Positions 23,177 to 31,822 of a DNA stretch of 32,000 bases are shown one piece after another. The notes beneath the pieces were generated by a model, which was not told the DNA's origin, did not search any database, and was given only the letters and a program-made list of their open reading frames with translations. This DNA comes from an uncultured bacterium (GTDB lineage: Bacteria > Cyanobacteriota > Cyanobacteriia > Cyanobacteriales > Spirulinaceae): the NCBI GenBank assembly GCA_964397305.1, contig CAYNIP010000014.1, positions 31,430-63,429 of the forward strand, written 5' to 3'. The translations under genes were made by a program, and so were the position numbers. Positions within the stretch are counted from its first letter, which is position 1; the number at the start of each line of letters is the position of its first letter.

Positions 23177-24895
23177 TCAGTGATGCCGGACCGCTTGGGG
23201 TGTCGCCACACAGGTGAGGCGGTACATCGCTAGCAGGCCCGTGATCGTGCGGTACACATCATCGAGGCGCGTCGTAAAGTCGGTCAACTGCTCGCGAAAG
23301 CCATCTCGGGCTCGCTGAGGATTGGGAAGGTACATCACCGTTTCCGGTTCACACTGAAGTTGCAGCAAGAAGCGGCTGGCGAGCCAGAGGGCATCCTGAT
23401 CGTGCGTGTTGGAATTAGCATTCCCCACGGTGAAGGCGTAAGCGGCGCAAAGCCCTTCTAAGTGAGCGGCCGTCGTCTTGGCCCTGGGGGGATCGCCGAA
23501 GCTCCCAAGGTAGTCGGGTTGGGGTTCGCCGGAGTGCTGGTGACTGAGGATCGCGAGGGCGATGCGAGTGGCCTGGTGCTGGTAATCAGGGTGAGGGCGA
23601 TCGCGAGACAGCTCGCTCAGGCCCTGGAGTAACCAGTCGTCCTCGCGCACCGGCCGCTGGCGCTTGGCGATCGCCAAGAGGTAGTGAGCGCTAGCCGCCG
23701 CCCGCTCCAGCCAACTCTCCCGCTGGGTCACGCGATAGACATAGAGCAGGGCTAACAGTGCTTGGCTGGGATAGCGCTGGGAGACAAAGGACGTGTCTTC
23801 ACCGCTGGGATAGGCCTGGCGGTGCATCAGAAAGGCGCCGCTGGGTTGTTGGGCCGCTTGGAGGTGACGGGCGAGCTGGAGCAGTTGCGGCTGATAGTGC
23901 GGCTGACGGGTGAGCAGCGTGTATTTGGCCAAGGCCATCACCGCCAAGGCGGTAGCCCCCAATTTCGCCAGGCCATTCTCCACAATGCAGCACCCCACCT
24001 CCGGGGCCAGGAGGGAGGGTTGGCTGAAGGCTAGGAGGTAATCGATCCCCCCCTGGGCGGAGTCTAGAAAGGCCAACTCGCCGGTCACTTCGTAGAGGTC
24101 GAGCAGGGCACTGACTGCGCCCGCATGTCGCAGCAAGTTGTAGCCAATGGTGACGCGATCGCGGCTGCCCAGGTAGCAATAGGTAAATTGCCCCGCTGAC
24201 GTTTGGTGGCGGCGCAGGTAGGAGCCGCCCCGTTGCGCGGCGGCTAGGAGATCGGAGGGGGCGATCGCATTGAAGCAGCGATGACCCCGATAGAGCAGCC
24301 AAGTGTCGCGGCCGTCGGTCGCAAAGCTGGTGCAGGCAAAGCGGTAAAACGTGAGGCGGGAGGCCGCCCGTAAGTGGGCCCAGGCCTCGGCCTGGAAGGG
24401 GCGTGCTTGCAAATAACGAGCCAAGCGCTCCGCATCCAGCCGTTGCTCTGCATCCAGAAGTTCCTGCCCCACAAGTTCTTCCGGCAAGAGGGCGATTTGG
24501 CTGTCGCGGTCGTAGGCCAGCCCGTAGAGGCTGCGATCATGCTTGAACGGACGCGGCGTGTTTAACCGCTCGCAGGCGATCGCGCTCTGCACCACATCGA
24601 TCTTGCAGTAGCGCAAGTCAGCCACGACCGGCTGGGCCTGGGCTTGCTCCAGGGCCGCGAGGGTCGCCGCATACAGACCAAGGCCGCTGCCTTGATAAAC
24701 CGTGGCGGGGCGGCGGCCATCACTCAGGGAAAGAAAGACGAGACGCGGGCGTTCCTCAACCTGTAAGCGCTCTGGCCACACTGCTTTCGGCTCTAGGCCC
24801 GTGAGCTTGGTCATCAGCCACTGGGCGATCGCCTGCCGCTCTCCAACCGTCAGCATCAGCTTGTTTTGGATGTCGTCAAACCAAATGTCGTTCAA
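23177..24895 (-). CDS. Hypothetical protein with C-terminal alpha/alpha-toroid (prenyltransferase/squalene-oxidase-repeat-like) region
   Basis: 572-aa ORF with coding-like third-position bias. It has recurrent L..hQ...G.F helical-repeat signatures (YLRRHQTSAGQF, RHLQAAQQPSGAF, ILSHQHSGEPQPDYLGSF) and HAGAVSALLDLYEVTGELAFLD, typical of alpha/alpha barrels. I do not recognise the N-terminal ~200 aa. Confidence 0.6.
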   Translation of the reverse strand: MNDIWFDDIQNKLMLTVGERQAIAQWLMTKLTGLEPKAVWPERLQVEERPRLVFLSLSDGRRPATVYQGSGLGLYAATLAALEQAQAQPVVADLRYCKIDVVQSAIACERLNTPRPFKHDRSLYGLAYDRDSQIALLPEELVGQELLDAEQRLDAERLARYLQARPFQAEAWAHLRAASRLTFYRFACTSFATDGRDTWLLYRGHRCFNAIAPSDLLAAAQRGGSYLRRHQTSAGQFTYCYLGSRDRVTIGYNLLRHAGAVSALLDLYEVTGELAFLDSAQGGIDYLLAFSQPSLLAPEVGCCIVENGLAKLGATALAVMALAKYTLLTRQPHYQPQLLQLARHLQAAQQPSGAFLMHRQAYPSGEDTSFVSQRYPSQALLALLYVYRVTQRESWLERAAASAHYLLAIAKRQRPVREDDWLLQGLSELSRDRPHPDYQHQATRIALAILSHQHSGEPQPDYLGSFGDPPRAKTTAAHLEGLCAAYAFTVGNANSNTHDQDALWLASRFLLQLQCEPETVMYLPNPQRARDGFREQLTDFTTRLDDVYRTITGLLAMYRLTCVATPQAVRHH

Positions 24896-24922
24896 GGTAA
24901 TCCTCTAATCCTGCAACCACGC

Positions 24923-24967
24923 AACGACAAAAGCGGCAGAACTCCGCTACTAGGGAATTCTGCCGCT
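24923..24967 (-). terminator. Rho-independent terminator of the acidic secreted-protein gene
   Basis: The minus strand reads AGCGGCAGAA-(16-nt loop)-TTCTGCCGCT followed by TTTGTCGTT. The stem is a perfect 10 bp (24932-24941 / 24958-24967) with a U-rich tail. It lies 70 nt after the stop at 25038. Confidence 0.65.
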
Positions 24968-25037
24968 GCGGGAGCTAATCAGGTCAATCGACCAAAATTA
25001 GACCGTTGAGAAAGGAGAGACGTTACCGAGCTAAGGC

Positions 25038-26924
25038 CTAGAGTTGATCGCCGAGGGTGTCATCCAGGGGCAAGCCTTCGATGGCGTCGGGAGCTTCGAG
25101 GTTGACTTCCGGCGCGCTTTCTTCAGCGTCGTCGTCATCCTCGTCGTCGTCGTCATCCTCGTCGTCGTCGTCATCGTCATCGTCGCCGAGTTCGATGTCG
25201 TCGAGATCGTCCTCATCCGCATCATCATCGAGGTCGGTCTCATCATCGAGATCAAGGTCATCCTCAACCTCATCGGTCAGAGCCAACTCCTCGTTGATTT
25301 CTTCCACTTCCTCATCCGACAACTGGTAGAGGCCCACCAGACCCGGGAAGAGGCGGCTGGACGGCCCACGCATCTTCAGAGCCCCCAGAGCCCGACCACG
25401 ACCCGGACGGCTGGCAACGAGGATCTGGTTGCCACCCACTTGCACTAAGCGCACCCGCACCCGACCCGACGGCGAAACCCGCGCCAGGAAGAGGGGACGT
25501 GCATAGAAGGAGAACTTGAGGTTCGCGAAGTCAGAATCATCCGCCAGCACGAAGATGTTGCTCACGGGACCATTCAGGCGGGCGCTGAACTTCACATCAT
25601 CCAGGAAGCTGAGGAAGAGACGGCGCGCCAGACGGATTTCCGGGGGATCAGAGTCAACGTTGATGTTGAAATTGACCGTGCCGAAGTTAAACTTCCGATC
25701 CCGGAACGAGAGGCGGTAGCCATCCACCAGGATGTTGTTGATGTCGATGACCGGCGTGCGGATATTGCGGGTCTGAATGAAGATGTTGTTGTTCAGGTCA
25801 GGCACTCGATAGCTAGCGAAATTGCCATCGAAGTCAAAGTCGCGCTGACCCGCTGCCAACAGGAAGTTGACATCGCCGCGCAAGCGACCCGAAGAGCGGA
25901 AGCCATTGTCCTGCTCGAACTTGTACTCCGTCGGCTGGTCGCCCGTGCGATTGCTGCCGGCAAAGCCAACACCGAAGGGACTGGAATTGAATAGCGTCAG
26001 AACGCCGCGTGCTTGACCCTTGATTTCATAATCCAAGGGGTCGCCGGGCACAAACGCGCCGTTGATCGTCGTGTTACCGACCGTGACACCATCTGCCACG
26101 GCAAAATCCAGCGTGCCAATATTGCCTTCGACTTTCAGCTTCAGGCTGCCGCCGCCCACCGTTTCGATCTTGTAGTCGGTGGTATCAGCAATCAGGCGAA
26201 TGCTGCCATCTGCGCCAATCAGGTCGTTCTCCGGGTTGCTGCCATCAACATCGTCGCCCTTGAACTCAAACTTGATCTTTTGGCTAAGAGCAGAGGCGGA
26301 AGGCAGAACCGGGCTGAGCGAGGGGCCGCCCTGGAAGCGGATGTTGGACGGCAGCGCGATCAAGCCATCGGTGACGTTGGCATTCAGCGCGCCGATCTCC
26401 ATCCGACCTTGGTTTGCCGTGATGCCGCTGCCGGTGATGGTCAGGTTACTGCCGGGGATGAAGAGTTGGGGGATGCCGTCGGCGGTGACGCGGCTGCCGG
26501 AGAGAGACAAGTCAGAGTTGAAACTGCCGACGTTGTATTGCAGCACCGTGCCCACTTGCGAGAAGGGGATCGGGAAGCCGTTGGTGTCAAAGCCGACACC
26601 CGACAGGCGACCTTGGAGCAGGCCGGTGTCGCCGGAGGTGACGCGACCATCGCTGTTGGTATCGACGTAGCCGCCGGTAGCCGTGGGCACAAAGAGCGGA
26701 TTGCTCAGGACGCCGTTGGGGCTGATCAGGGTCAGATTGCGAACGTTGATGTCAAAGAGGCTGATGCCATCAGCCGCCGTGGTCGGCTCGAAGAAGGCGG
26801 CATCACCGGAGAGCAGGCCGCCCGTGACCTGGACTTGGGCCTCAGCAGCGGGAGCCGCTGCGATCGCCAGGCTACCAGCCAGACCGAGGCTAAGGGCTGC
26901 ATTGCGCGTGAGCTTGGAAATCAT
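25038..26924 (-). CDS. Secreted beta-rich protein with EF-hand/dockerin-like Ca-binding loop and poly-Asp/Glu C-terminal tail (unknown family)
   Basis: 628-aa ORF. The signal peptide MISKLTRNAALSLGLAGSLAIAAAPAEA-type sequence ends in an AEA/Q cleavage motif. DTNSDGRVTSGD (residues 88-99) fits DxNxDGxVxxxD. The body is Gly/Asn/Ser/Thr-rich. The last ~85 aa are about two-thirds Asp/Glu, including DDDDDDDDEDDDDDEDDDD. A strong SD, GAGGAG, lies 9 nt upstream of the ATG. Confidence 0.8.
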   Translation of the reverse strand: MISKLTRNAALSLGLAGSLAIAAAPAAEAQVQVTGGLLSGDAAFFEPTTAADGISLFDINVRNLTLISPNGVLSNPLFVPTATGGYVDTNSDGRVTSGDTGLLQGRLSGVGFDTNGFPIPFSQVGTVLQYNVGSFNSDLSLSGSRVTADGIPQLFIPGSNLTITGSGITANQGRMEIGALNANVTDGLIALPSNIRFQGGPSLSPVLPSASALSQKIKFEFKGDDVDGSNPENDLIGADGSIRLIADTTDYKIETVGGGSLKLKVEGNIGTLDFAVADGVTVGNTTINGAFVPGDPLDYEIKGQARGVLTLFNSSPFGVGFAGSNRTGDQPTEYKFEQDNGFRSSGRLRGDVNFLLAAGQRDFDFDGNFASYRVPDLNNNIFIQTRNIRTPVIDINNILVDGYRLSFRDRKFNFGTVNFNINVDSDPPEIRLARRLFLSFLDDVKFSARLNGPVSNIFVLADDSDFANLKFSFYARPLFLARVSPSGRVRVRLVQVGGNQILVASRPGRGRALGALKMRGPSSRLFPGLVGLYQLSDEEVEEINEELALTDEVEDDLDLDDETDLDDDADEDDLDDIELGDDDDDDDDEDDDDDEDDDDAEESAPEVNLEAPDAIEGLPLDDTLGDQL

Positions 26925-27610
26925 ATCAAAGTACTCCTCAAATCAATGAAGCTGAGTAGGTTGGGGGGAAAGGGTGCTGCCCGAGCAGCAACCTCGCAGA
27001 GCTGAACCCGAAGGCGATGTTCGCTGGTTTCACAATCCGAGCGGTAGGGTTCTCAAGGCTGGGTCCCGTTGGGGAGCCCTGGGGGCGACGCTGGAGACTC
27101 CAGACCTCGCGGCTACCGCTGTTATTCACTATCCTACGACTCAGAAGCCACAATCGCGAACCGTAATTTGGCGTAATTTTCCGGAATTGCTGGTTTACAG
27201 TCTGGATGTTTCTAGCAGTTATGGCAAAGCCTTTGGTAATGCCCATCTAGCTTTCAGCCCAACCTAGAGAGGTTAAGTTCTGCAAAGACAAGGAGCAGTA
27301 ACTTTCCCCAAAAGCTACTATTCAAAACTGCAACCAAAGGCGGCTAAAACTGATTTGACTGTCGGCCTGACCGCACCGCTAGCAAACCACGACAGCAGGC
27401 AATCCCGGCGGTAAGTGCAGACCCAAACACTGACACCAGTGAGCCCGAGAGCATCCGACCCTGGTTGCGATCGGCCCACTTGGGTAAAGTTAGACGCGCC
27501 TTGAGGGGGCAAGGTTCCCGCCCGAAATCATGGATAGGTGAGGTAAGGGGGCGAGCGGGCTGAAGCCAGCGTCCCACGGCCCGTAGCAGCCTGGTTCTGG
27601 TGTTCCTGGG

Positions 27611-27638
27611 TGGACAGGCCCTAACAAACCCTTACAAT
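27611..27638 (+). promoter_or_regulatory. Candidate sigma-70 promoter for pilD (TGGACA-N16-TACAAT)
   Basis: TGGACA at 27611-27616, a 16-nt spacer, then TACAAT at 27633-27638, which ends 58 nt upstream of ATG 27696. Sequence pattern only. Confidence 0.35.
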
Positions 27639-27695
27639 GATGTCGGGCTAAGCGGGGCCAATGTTTTCCCACCCTTCTCATCCCTGGCTGCTGCT

Positions 27696-28523
27696 ATGGA
27701 CGCGCTCGTGATCGCTATCCCCTTAGCGCTGGTTTTCAGCCTTGGGGCGGCCTTCGGAAGTTTTCTCAATGTTGTGATCTACCGCCTGCCGCAGCAGATG
27801 TCCCTGGTGCGGCCCCCGTCTCATTGCCCCCACTGCCAGACGCGCTTGGGGCCCCGGGACAATATCCCGGTCTTGGGTTGGCTGTGGTTGCGCGGTCGCT
27901 GCCGCTACTGTGGCGCGCCGATTTCGCCCCGCTACCCCTTGGTCGAAGCGGCGACGGGTCTGCTCTTTGTGGCCGTCTGGAGTCAGTTTGGCCTTGGCTG
28001 GCTCACGGTCGGCTACTGGGTATTGCTGAGCTGGCTGCTGGCCTTGGCATTGATTGACCTGGATACTTTCACCTTGCCCAATGCTCTGACTCAGCCAGGG
28101 TTGCTCTTGGGTCTAATCTTAGCGCTGCTGCTGGGCTGGCAGGAGAGTGGCAGTGTGGCGGGGGGGGTGCGGCGCTTGGTGGGGGCGATCGCCGCTGCTG
28201 TCTTAGGCCTCTGGGGATTCGAGGCGATCGCCTGGCTCGGTTCCCTAATCCTGGGCCGCACCGCCCTGGGGGCTGGAGATGCCAAGCTCGCGGCGATGCT
28301 CGGCGCTTGGCTCGGGGGGCCCCTGTTGCTGCTGACCAGCTTTCTGGCCTGCTTGCTAGGGACGCTGATCGGCGGGGGGGCGATCGCCCTGGGCTGGCGA
28401 TCGCGCCGCCAAGCCCTCCCGTTCGGCCCCTTTCTCGCTCTGGGGGCCCTGCTGAGCATTTTTTGGGGTGAGATAATCATAACAACCTACTTGGAGCTGT
28501 TCGTCCCGCTCAGGGCTGGTTGA
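27696..28523 (+). CDS. pilD: Prepilin peptidase / N-methyltransferase (type IV prepilin leader peptidase, A24 family)
   Basis: [13 protein letters not shown] is present, with the Cys pairs CPHCQTRL...[22 protein letters not shown], and the two Asp motifs ([11 protein letters not shown] and GAGDAKL). I chose the start at ATG 27696 ([10 protein letters not shown]). The track start at 27600 is GTG, and its N-terminal extension does not look like coding sequence. Confidence 0.9.
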   Translation: MDALVIAIPLALVFSLGAAFGSFLNVVIYRLPQQMSLVRPPSHCPHCQTRLGPRDNIPVLGWLWLRGRCRYCGAPISPRYPLVEAATGLLFVAVWSQFGLGWLTVGYWVLLSWLLALALIDLDTFTLPNALTQPGLLLGLILALLLGWQESGSVAGGVRRLVGAIAAAVLGLWGFEAIAWLGSLILGRTALGAGDAKLAAMLGAWLGGPLLLLTSFLACLLGTLIGGGAIALGWRSRRQALPFGPFLALGALLSIFWGEIIITTYLELFVPLRAG

Positions 28524-28593
28524 GGTCGAGGCCACGGATCATCACGAGTAACTGGCCGCTAGCCACACCGTCATGGGGACAAGAATTGGTAAG

Positions 28594-28812
28594 ATGAATT
28601 CTGTATCCTGGGTTACTTTGAGAACCACCAACGCCCGCTGGGAAGCCGAATTGATGCAGCAGATCCTCGCCAGCCACGAGATTCCCAGTCGAGTCATCGC
28701 CGTAGGCGCGAGTGCTTGTTTTCTTACGGGCACGGCGGCCTTGCAGGTACGCCCCCAAGATCGTTGGACCGCGCTCCTCCTCCTCAGCCCCGTTGAAGAG
28801 GAGGACGAGTAG
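28594..28812 (+). CDS. Small DUF2007-like protein (putative signal-transducing fold)
   Basis: MNSVSWVTLRTTNARWEAELMQQILASHEIPSRVI... fits the DUF2007 pattern (beta-strand, then an eAel....L...gIp helix). The C-terminus is acidic. I chose the start at the second Met (ATG 28594). Confidence 0.5.
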   Translation: MNSVSWVTLRTTNARWEAELMQQILASHEIPSRVIAVGASACFLTGTAALQVRPQDRWTALLLLSPVEEEDE

Positions 28813-28882
28813 CAGACAGGGCAAGGTAGTTTGGGTTTTCGGATTTTGAGTTAGGTCATGACGGCAGCGAGCGGCAACCCCT

Positions 28883-29854
28883 ATGTCTCTATTTGATTGG
28901 TTTGCACATCGGCAAAAGAGCGAGCCCCCGATTCAGCCACGCCAAGAGCGCGAGATCGCCGATGGGCTGTGGACCAAATGCCCAAGCTGCGGCGTGCTCG
29001 CCTACACCAAGGATCTCCAGGCCAACCAGATGGTCTGCCTCGAGTGTGGCCATCACCTCTATGCCAACAGCTTCGAGCGCATCCAGCAACTCATTGATCT
29101 CCCCACCTGGAAGCCCCTCTACACAGAGGTGCAGCCCGTCGATCCGCTTCAGTTTCGCGATCGCAAAGCTTACAAAGACCGCCTGCGCGAAATGCACGAA
29201 AAGACTGGCCTAACCGACGCCGTGCAAACCGGCACGGGAACCCTGGACGGTCTCCCCGTCGCGCTCGGAGTGATGGACTTCCGCTTCATGGGCGGCAGTA
29301 TGGGGTCCGTCGTCGGCGAAAAACTCTGCCGCCTGATCGAATACGGCACCCAAGAAGGGTTGACCGTGATCATCCTCTGTGCCTCGGGGGGAGCAAGAAT
29401 GCAGGAGGGGATGCTCAGCCTCATGCAGATGGCAAAAATCTCAGGAGCCCTCGAGCGCCATCGCACGGCCGGCCTCCTCTACATCCCCGTCCTCACCCAC
29501 CCCACCACGGGCGGCGTCACTGCCAGCTTCGCGATGCTCGGCGACATCATTTTGGCCGAGCCCAAGGCGACCATCGGCTTTGCGGGTCGGCGCGTGATCG
29601 AACAGACCCTGCGCGAAAAATTGCCCGAAGACTTCCAGACTTCCGAGTACCTCTTGCAGTGCGGCTTTGTCGATGCGATCGTGCCCCGCACCCAATTGAA
29701 GCGAACCCTGGCCAACCTGATCAGCCTCCATCAGCCCTTTTTTCCCCTGAATGCAGGTCTCCCAGAGGTGACAGCCCCCACTCACTACATTGCGCCTCCC
29801 CGGCCCGTGACCGCGCCCCCCACCCCCCACCGTGACCACGGGCCAGAAAGCTGA
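28883..29854 (+). CDS. accD: Acetyl-CoA carboxylase carboxyltransferase subunit beta
   Basis: 323-aa ORF. The N-terminal zinc ribbon is [13 protein letters not shown]...CLECGHH. The carboxyltransferase motifs are [17 protein letters not shown] and SGGARMQEG. Confidence 0.93.
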   Translation: MSLFDWFAHRQKSEPPIQPRQEREIADGLWTKCPSCGVLAYTKDLQANQMVCLECGHHLYANSFERIQQLIDLPTWKPLYTEVQPVDPLQFRDRKAYKDRLREMHEKTGLTDAVQTGTGTLDGLPVALGVMDFRFMGGSMGSVVGEKLCRLIEYGTQEGLTVIILCASGGARMQEGMLSLMQMAKISGALERHRTAGLLYIPVLTHPTTGGVTASFAMLGDIILAEPKATIGFAGRRVIEQTLREKLPEDFQTSEYLLQCGFVDAIVPRTQLKRTLANLISLHQPFFPLNAGLPEVTAPTHYIAPPRPVTAPPTPHRDHGPES

Positions 29855-29920
29855 TAGGTTAGCAAGAGCACAGTTACACCCTTAGCGGACGCTCGCGGAG
29901 CGTGCCGGAGGCAATCCGCG

Positions 29921-31657
29921 TTGAGCAGCATCAGGATCAAAGGTTACTACTGGCAGCTTCTACCCTACGTTCGCCTGCACTTCCCCCTAGTGGGCGTTGC
30001 CCTTCTCTGCACGCTGCTATTTACCGCTAGTTGGCCGGCCCTGATCGCCCTGTCAGAGCGCATGGCGGTTCACATCGGTCAAGGGGATGTCTCAGCCAGT
30101 GCCAGCGTTGCCGGCCTGGCCGCCCTGATCTTCTTGGTACGGGGCATCGCACTCTTTGGCCAAGATGCCCTCATGGCCAAGGCGGCGCTGAAAATCACCT
30201 ACGACCTGCGCCGCCGCGTCTACAAGCACTTGCAGCGCCTCGGCCTCAGCTACTTTGCCACGATTAAAACCGGCGACTTGGCCTATCGGGTCACGGAGGA
30301 CGTGGATCGCATCGGCGAAGTCGTGAATAACCTCTTTCATCAGTTCGTGCCCTGCGTCCTACAGCTCATCGTCGTCTTGAGCTATATGTTCTACCGCAAC
30401 TGGCAACTGACCGTCGCGGTGTTGCTGGTCGCGCCCTTGATGGCCCTGCTGATCGGCGTCTTTGGCGAGCGGTTGCTCCATTTTTCTCACCGCAGCCAAA
30501 ACCGCATCTCGAATCTGTCGGCCTTGGCGATTGAATACTTCAATGGCATTCGACTGATTCAGGCCTTTGCCGCCGAAGACTACACCCTCCAGCGCTTCAG
30601 TCAGGAAGCAGAGGAAAATCGCCGGGCTCGTTACACGACGGAGCGGATCAAGGCCTTCCAAATGGTAGTGGTTGGCTTCCTCTACTCCGTCAGTGTGACC
30701 TGTGCTTTCCTCCTGGGCAGTTGGCAAATTTCCCAGGGAAACCTGACGGCCAGCCAGTTTGTCGGCTTCCTCACAGCGGTGGCAATGCTGATCGACCCGA
30801 TCACGATTACGACGGCAAACTACAACGAGTTCAAACAGGCCCAGGCCTCGGTGGAGCGGGTGTTTGAACTGCTGGACCTCCAACCTCAGGTGGGCGATCG
30901 CCCCCAGGCCCGCCCCCTGCCCACGATCAGCGGTAAGGTCGAGTACCAAAACGTTAGCTTTAGCTATCAACCCGACCAGCCCGTCCTCAAGAACCTCAAT
31001 TTCCTGGTGCAGCCGGGAGAAATGATCGCCCTCGTGGGCCACTCCGGAGCTGGCAAAACGACCTTGGTGAACCTGCTGCCCCGCTTCTACGATCCGGAGG
31101 GCGGCTCGATCCTCATCGATGGCCTTGATGTGAGCCGCGTGACCCTCCGCAGCCTGCGCCAGCAGATCGGCATTGTCCCCCAGGAAATAACCCTCTTCTC
31201 CGGCACGATCGCCGAGAATATCGCCTTTGGTCAACCCCAGCTCGATTTCGCCGCCATCGAGCGGGCGGCGAAAATTGCCAATGCTCACCAATTCATCAAC
31301 GAGTTTACCCAGGGCTATTACACCTACGTGGGGGAGCGAGGGGTCACGCTGTCGGGGGGGCAGCGGCAGCGACTCGCGATCGCCCGGGCTGTCCTGCTCA
31401 ATCCCCGCATTCTCATCCTTGATGAGGCCACCTCGGCCCTGGATTCAGAATCAGAGGCCCTGGTTCAGGAAGCGATTGAGCGCCTGCTTCAAGACCGGAC
31501 TGTTTTTGTCATTGCCCATCGCCTCGCTACAGTACGCCGCGCCGATCGCCTCTTTGTCCTCGAGGCCGGTCAGATTGTGGAATCCGGGACTCATGAAGAA
31601 CTCCTGAGCCACCACGGTCGCTACGCTCGCTTCTATGCCCAACAGTTCCAAGCTTAG
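29921..31657 (+). CDS. ABC transporter, fused permease/ATPase exporter (MsbA/type-I exporter-like)
   Basis: 578-aa ORF with a TTG start in the track. A six-helix TMD is followed by an NBD with Walker A GHSGAGKTT, Q-loop, signature LSGGQRQR, Walker B ILILDEATSALD and H-loop VIAHRL. Confidence 0.9.
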   Translation: MSSIRIKGYYWQLLPYVRLHFPLVGVALLCTLLFTASWPALIALSERMAVHIGQGDVSASASVAGLAALIFLVRGIALFGQDALMAKAALKITYDLRRRVYKHLQRLGLSYFATIKTGDLAYRVTEDVDRIGEVVNNLFHQFVPCVLQLIVVLSYMFYRNWQLTVAVLLVAPLMALLIGVFGERLLHFSHRSQNRISNLSALAIEYFNGIRLIQAFAAEDYTLQRFSQEAEENRRARYTTERIKAFQMVVVGFLYSVSVTCAFLLGSWQISQGNLTASQFVGFLTAVAMLIDPITITTANYNEFKQAQASVERVFELLDLQPQVGDRPQARPLPTISGKVEYQNVSFSYQPDQPVLKNLNFLVQPGEMIALVGHSGAGKTTLVNLLPRFYDPEGGSILIDGLDVSRVTLRSLRQQIGIVPQEITLFSGTIAENIAFGQPQLDFAAIERAAKIANAHQFINEFTQGYYTYVGERGVTLSGGQRQRLAIARAVLLNPRILILDEATSALDSESEALVQEAIERLLQDRTVFVIAHRLATVRRADRLFVLEAGQIVESGTHEELLSHHGRYARFYAQQFQA

Positions 31658-31822
31658 CCCCCGAGCAACGGCCTCCGGGTCGAACCCTGCCAAGACGAGG
31701 CTGGTCATTTTAGCGTCGTTAAATTCTAGTAATCACCCGTCCCCCTGGCGAGGAAGTTGCCCGCGCCGGGGGCTTACAATGGCGAAAGATAACACCGTCT
31801 GCTTGAGCACAGACGACCTAGC

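Noticed and set aside
25095-25300. Long GTC/ATC triplet-rich run that looks like a microsatellite or spacer-repeat array
   Set aside because: It is the in-frame coding sequence of the poly-Asp/Glu tail (minus strand GAC/GAT/GAG). It has no repeat-spacer periodicity, so it is not a CRISPR array.
26013-27005. 330-aa + strand ORF opposite the acidic secreted-protein gene
   Set aside because: The minus-strand gene has a signal peptide, an SD and a terminator. The + strand product is Ala/Gly/Arg/Asp-rich without a start context or motifs.
27300-27600. Small ORFs (64, 77 and 63 aa, minus strand) and possible cobalamin-like or other riboswitch elements between the acidic-protein gene and pilD
   Set aside because: The ORFs lack SDs and recognisable products. 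I could not place a B12 box or other riboswitch core, and pilD is not a typical riboswitch target. I left the region unannotated. An Rfam scan would be decisive.
30359-31291. 310-aa ORF antisense to the ABC exporter
   Set aside because: It lies opposite the Walker A, signature and Walker B motifs of a clear ABC NBD. It is a shadow ORF.
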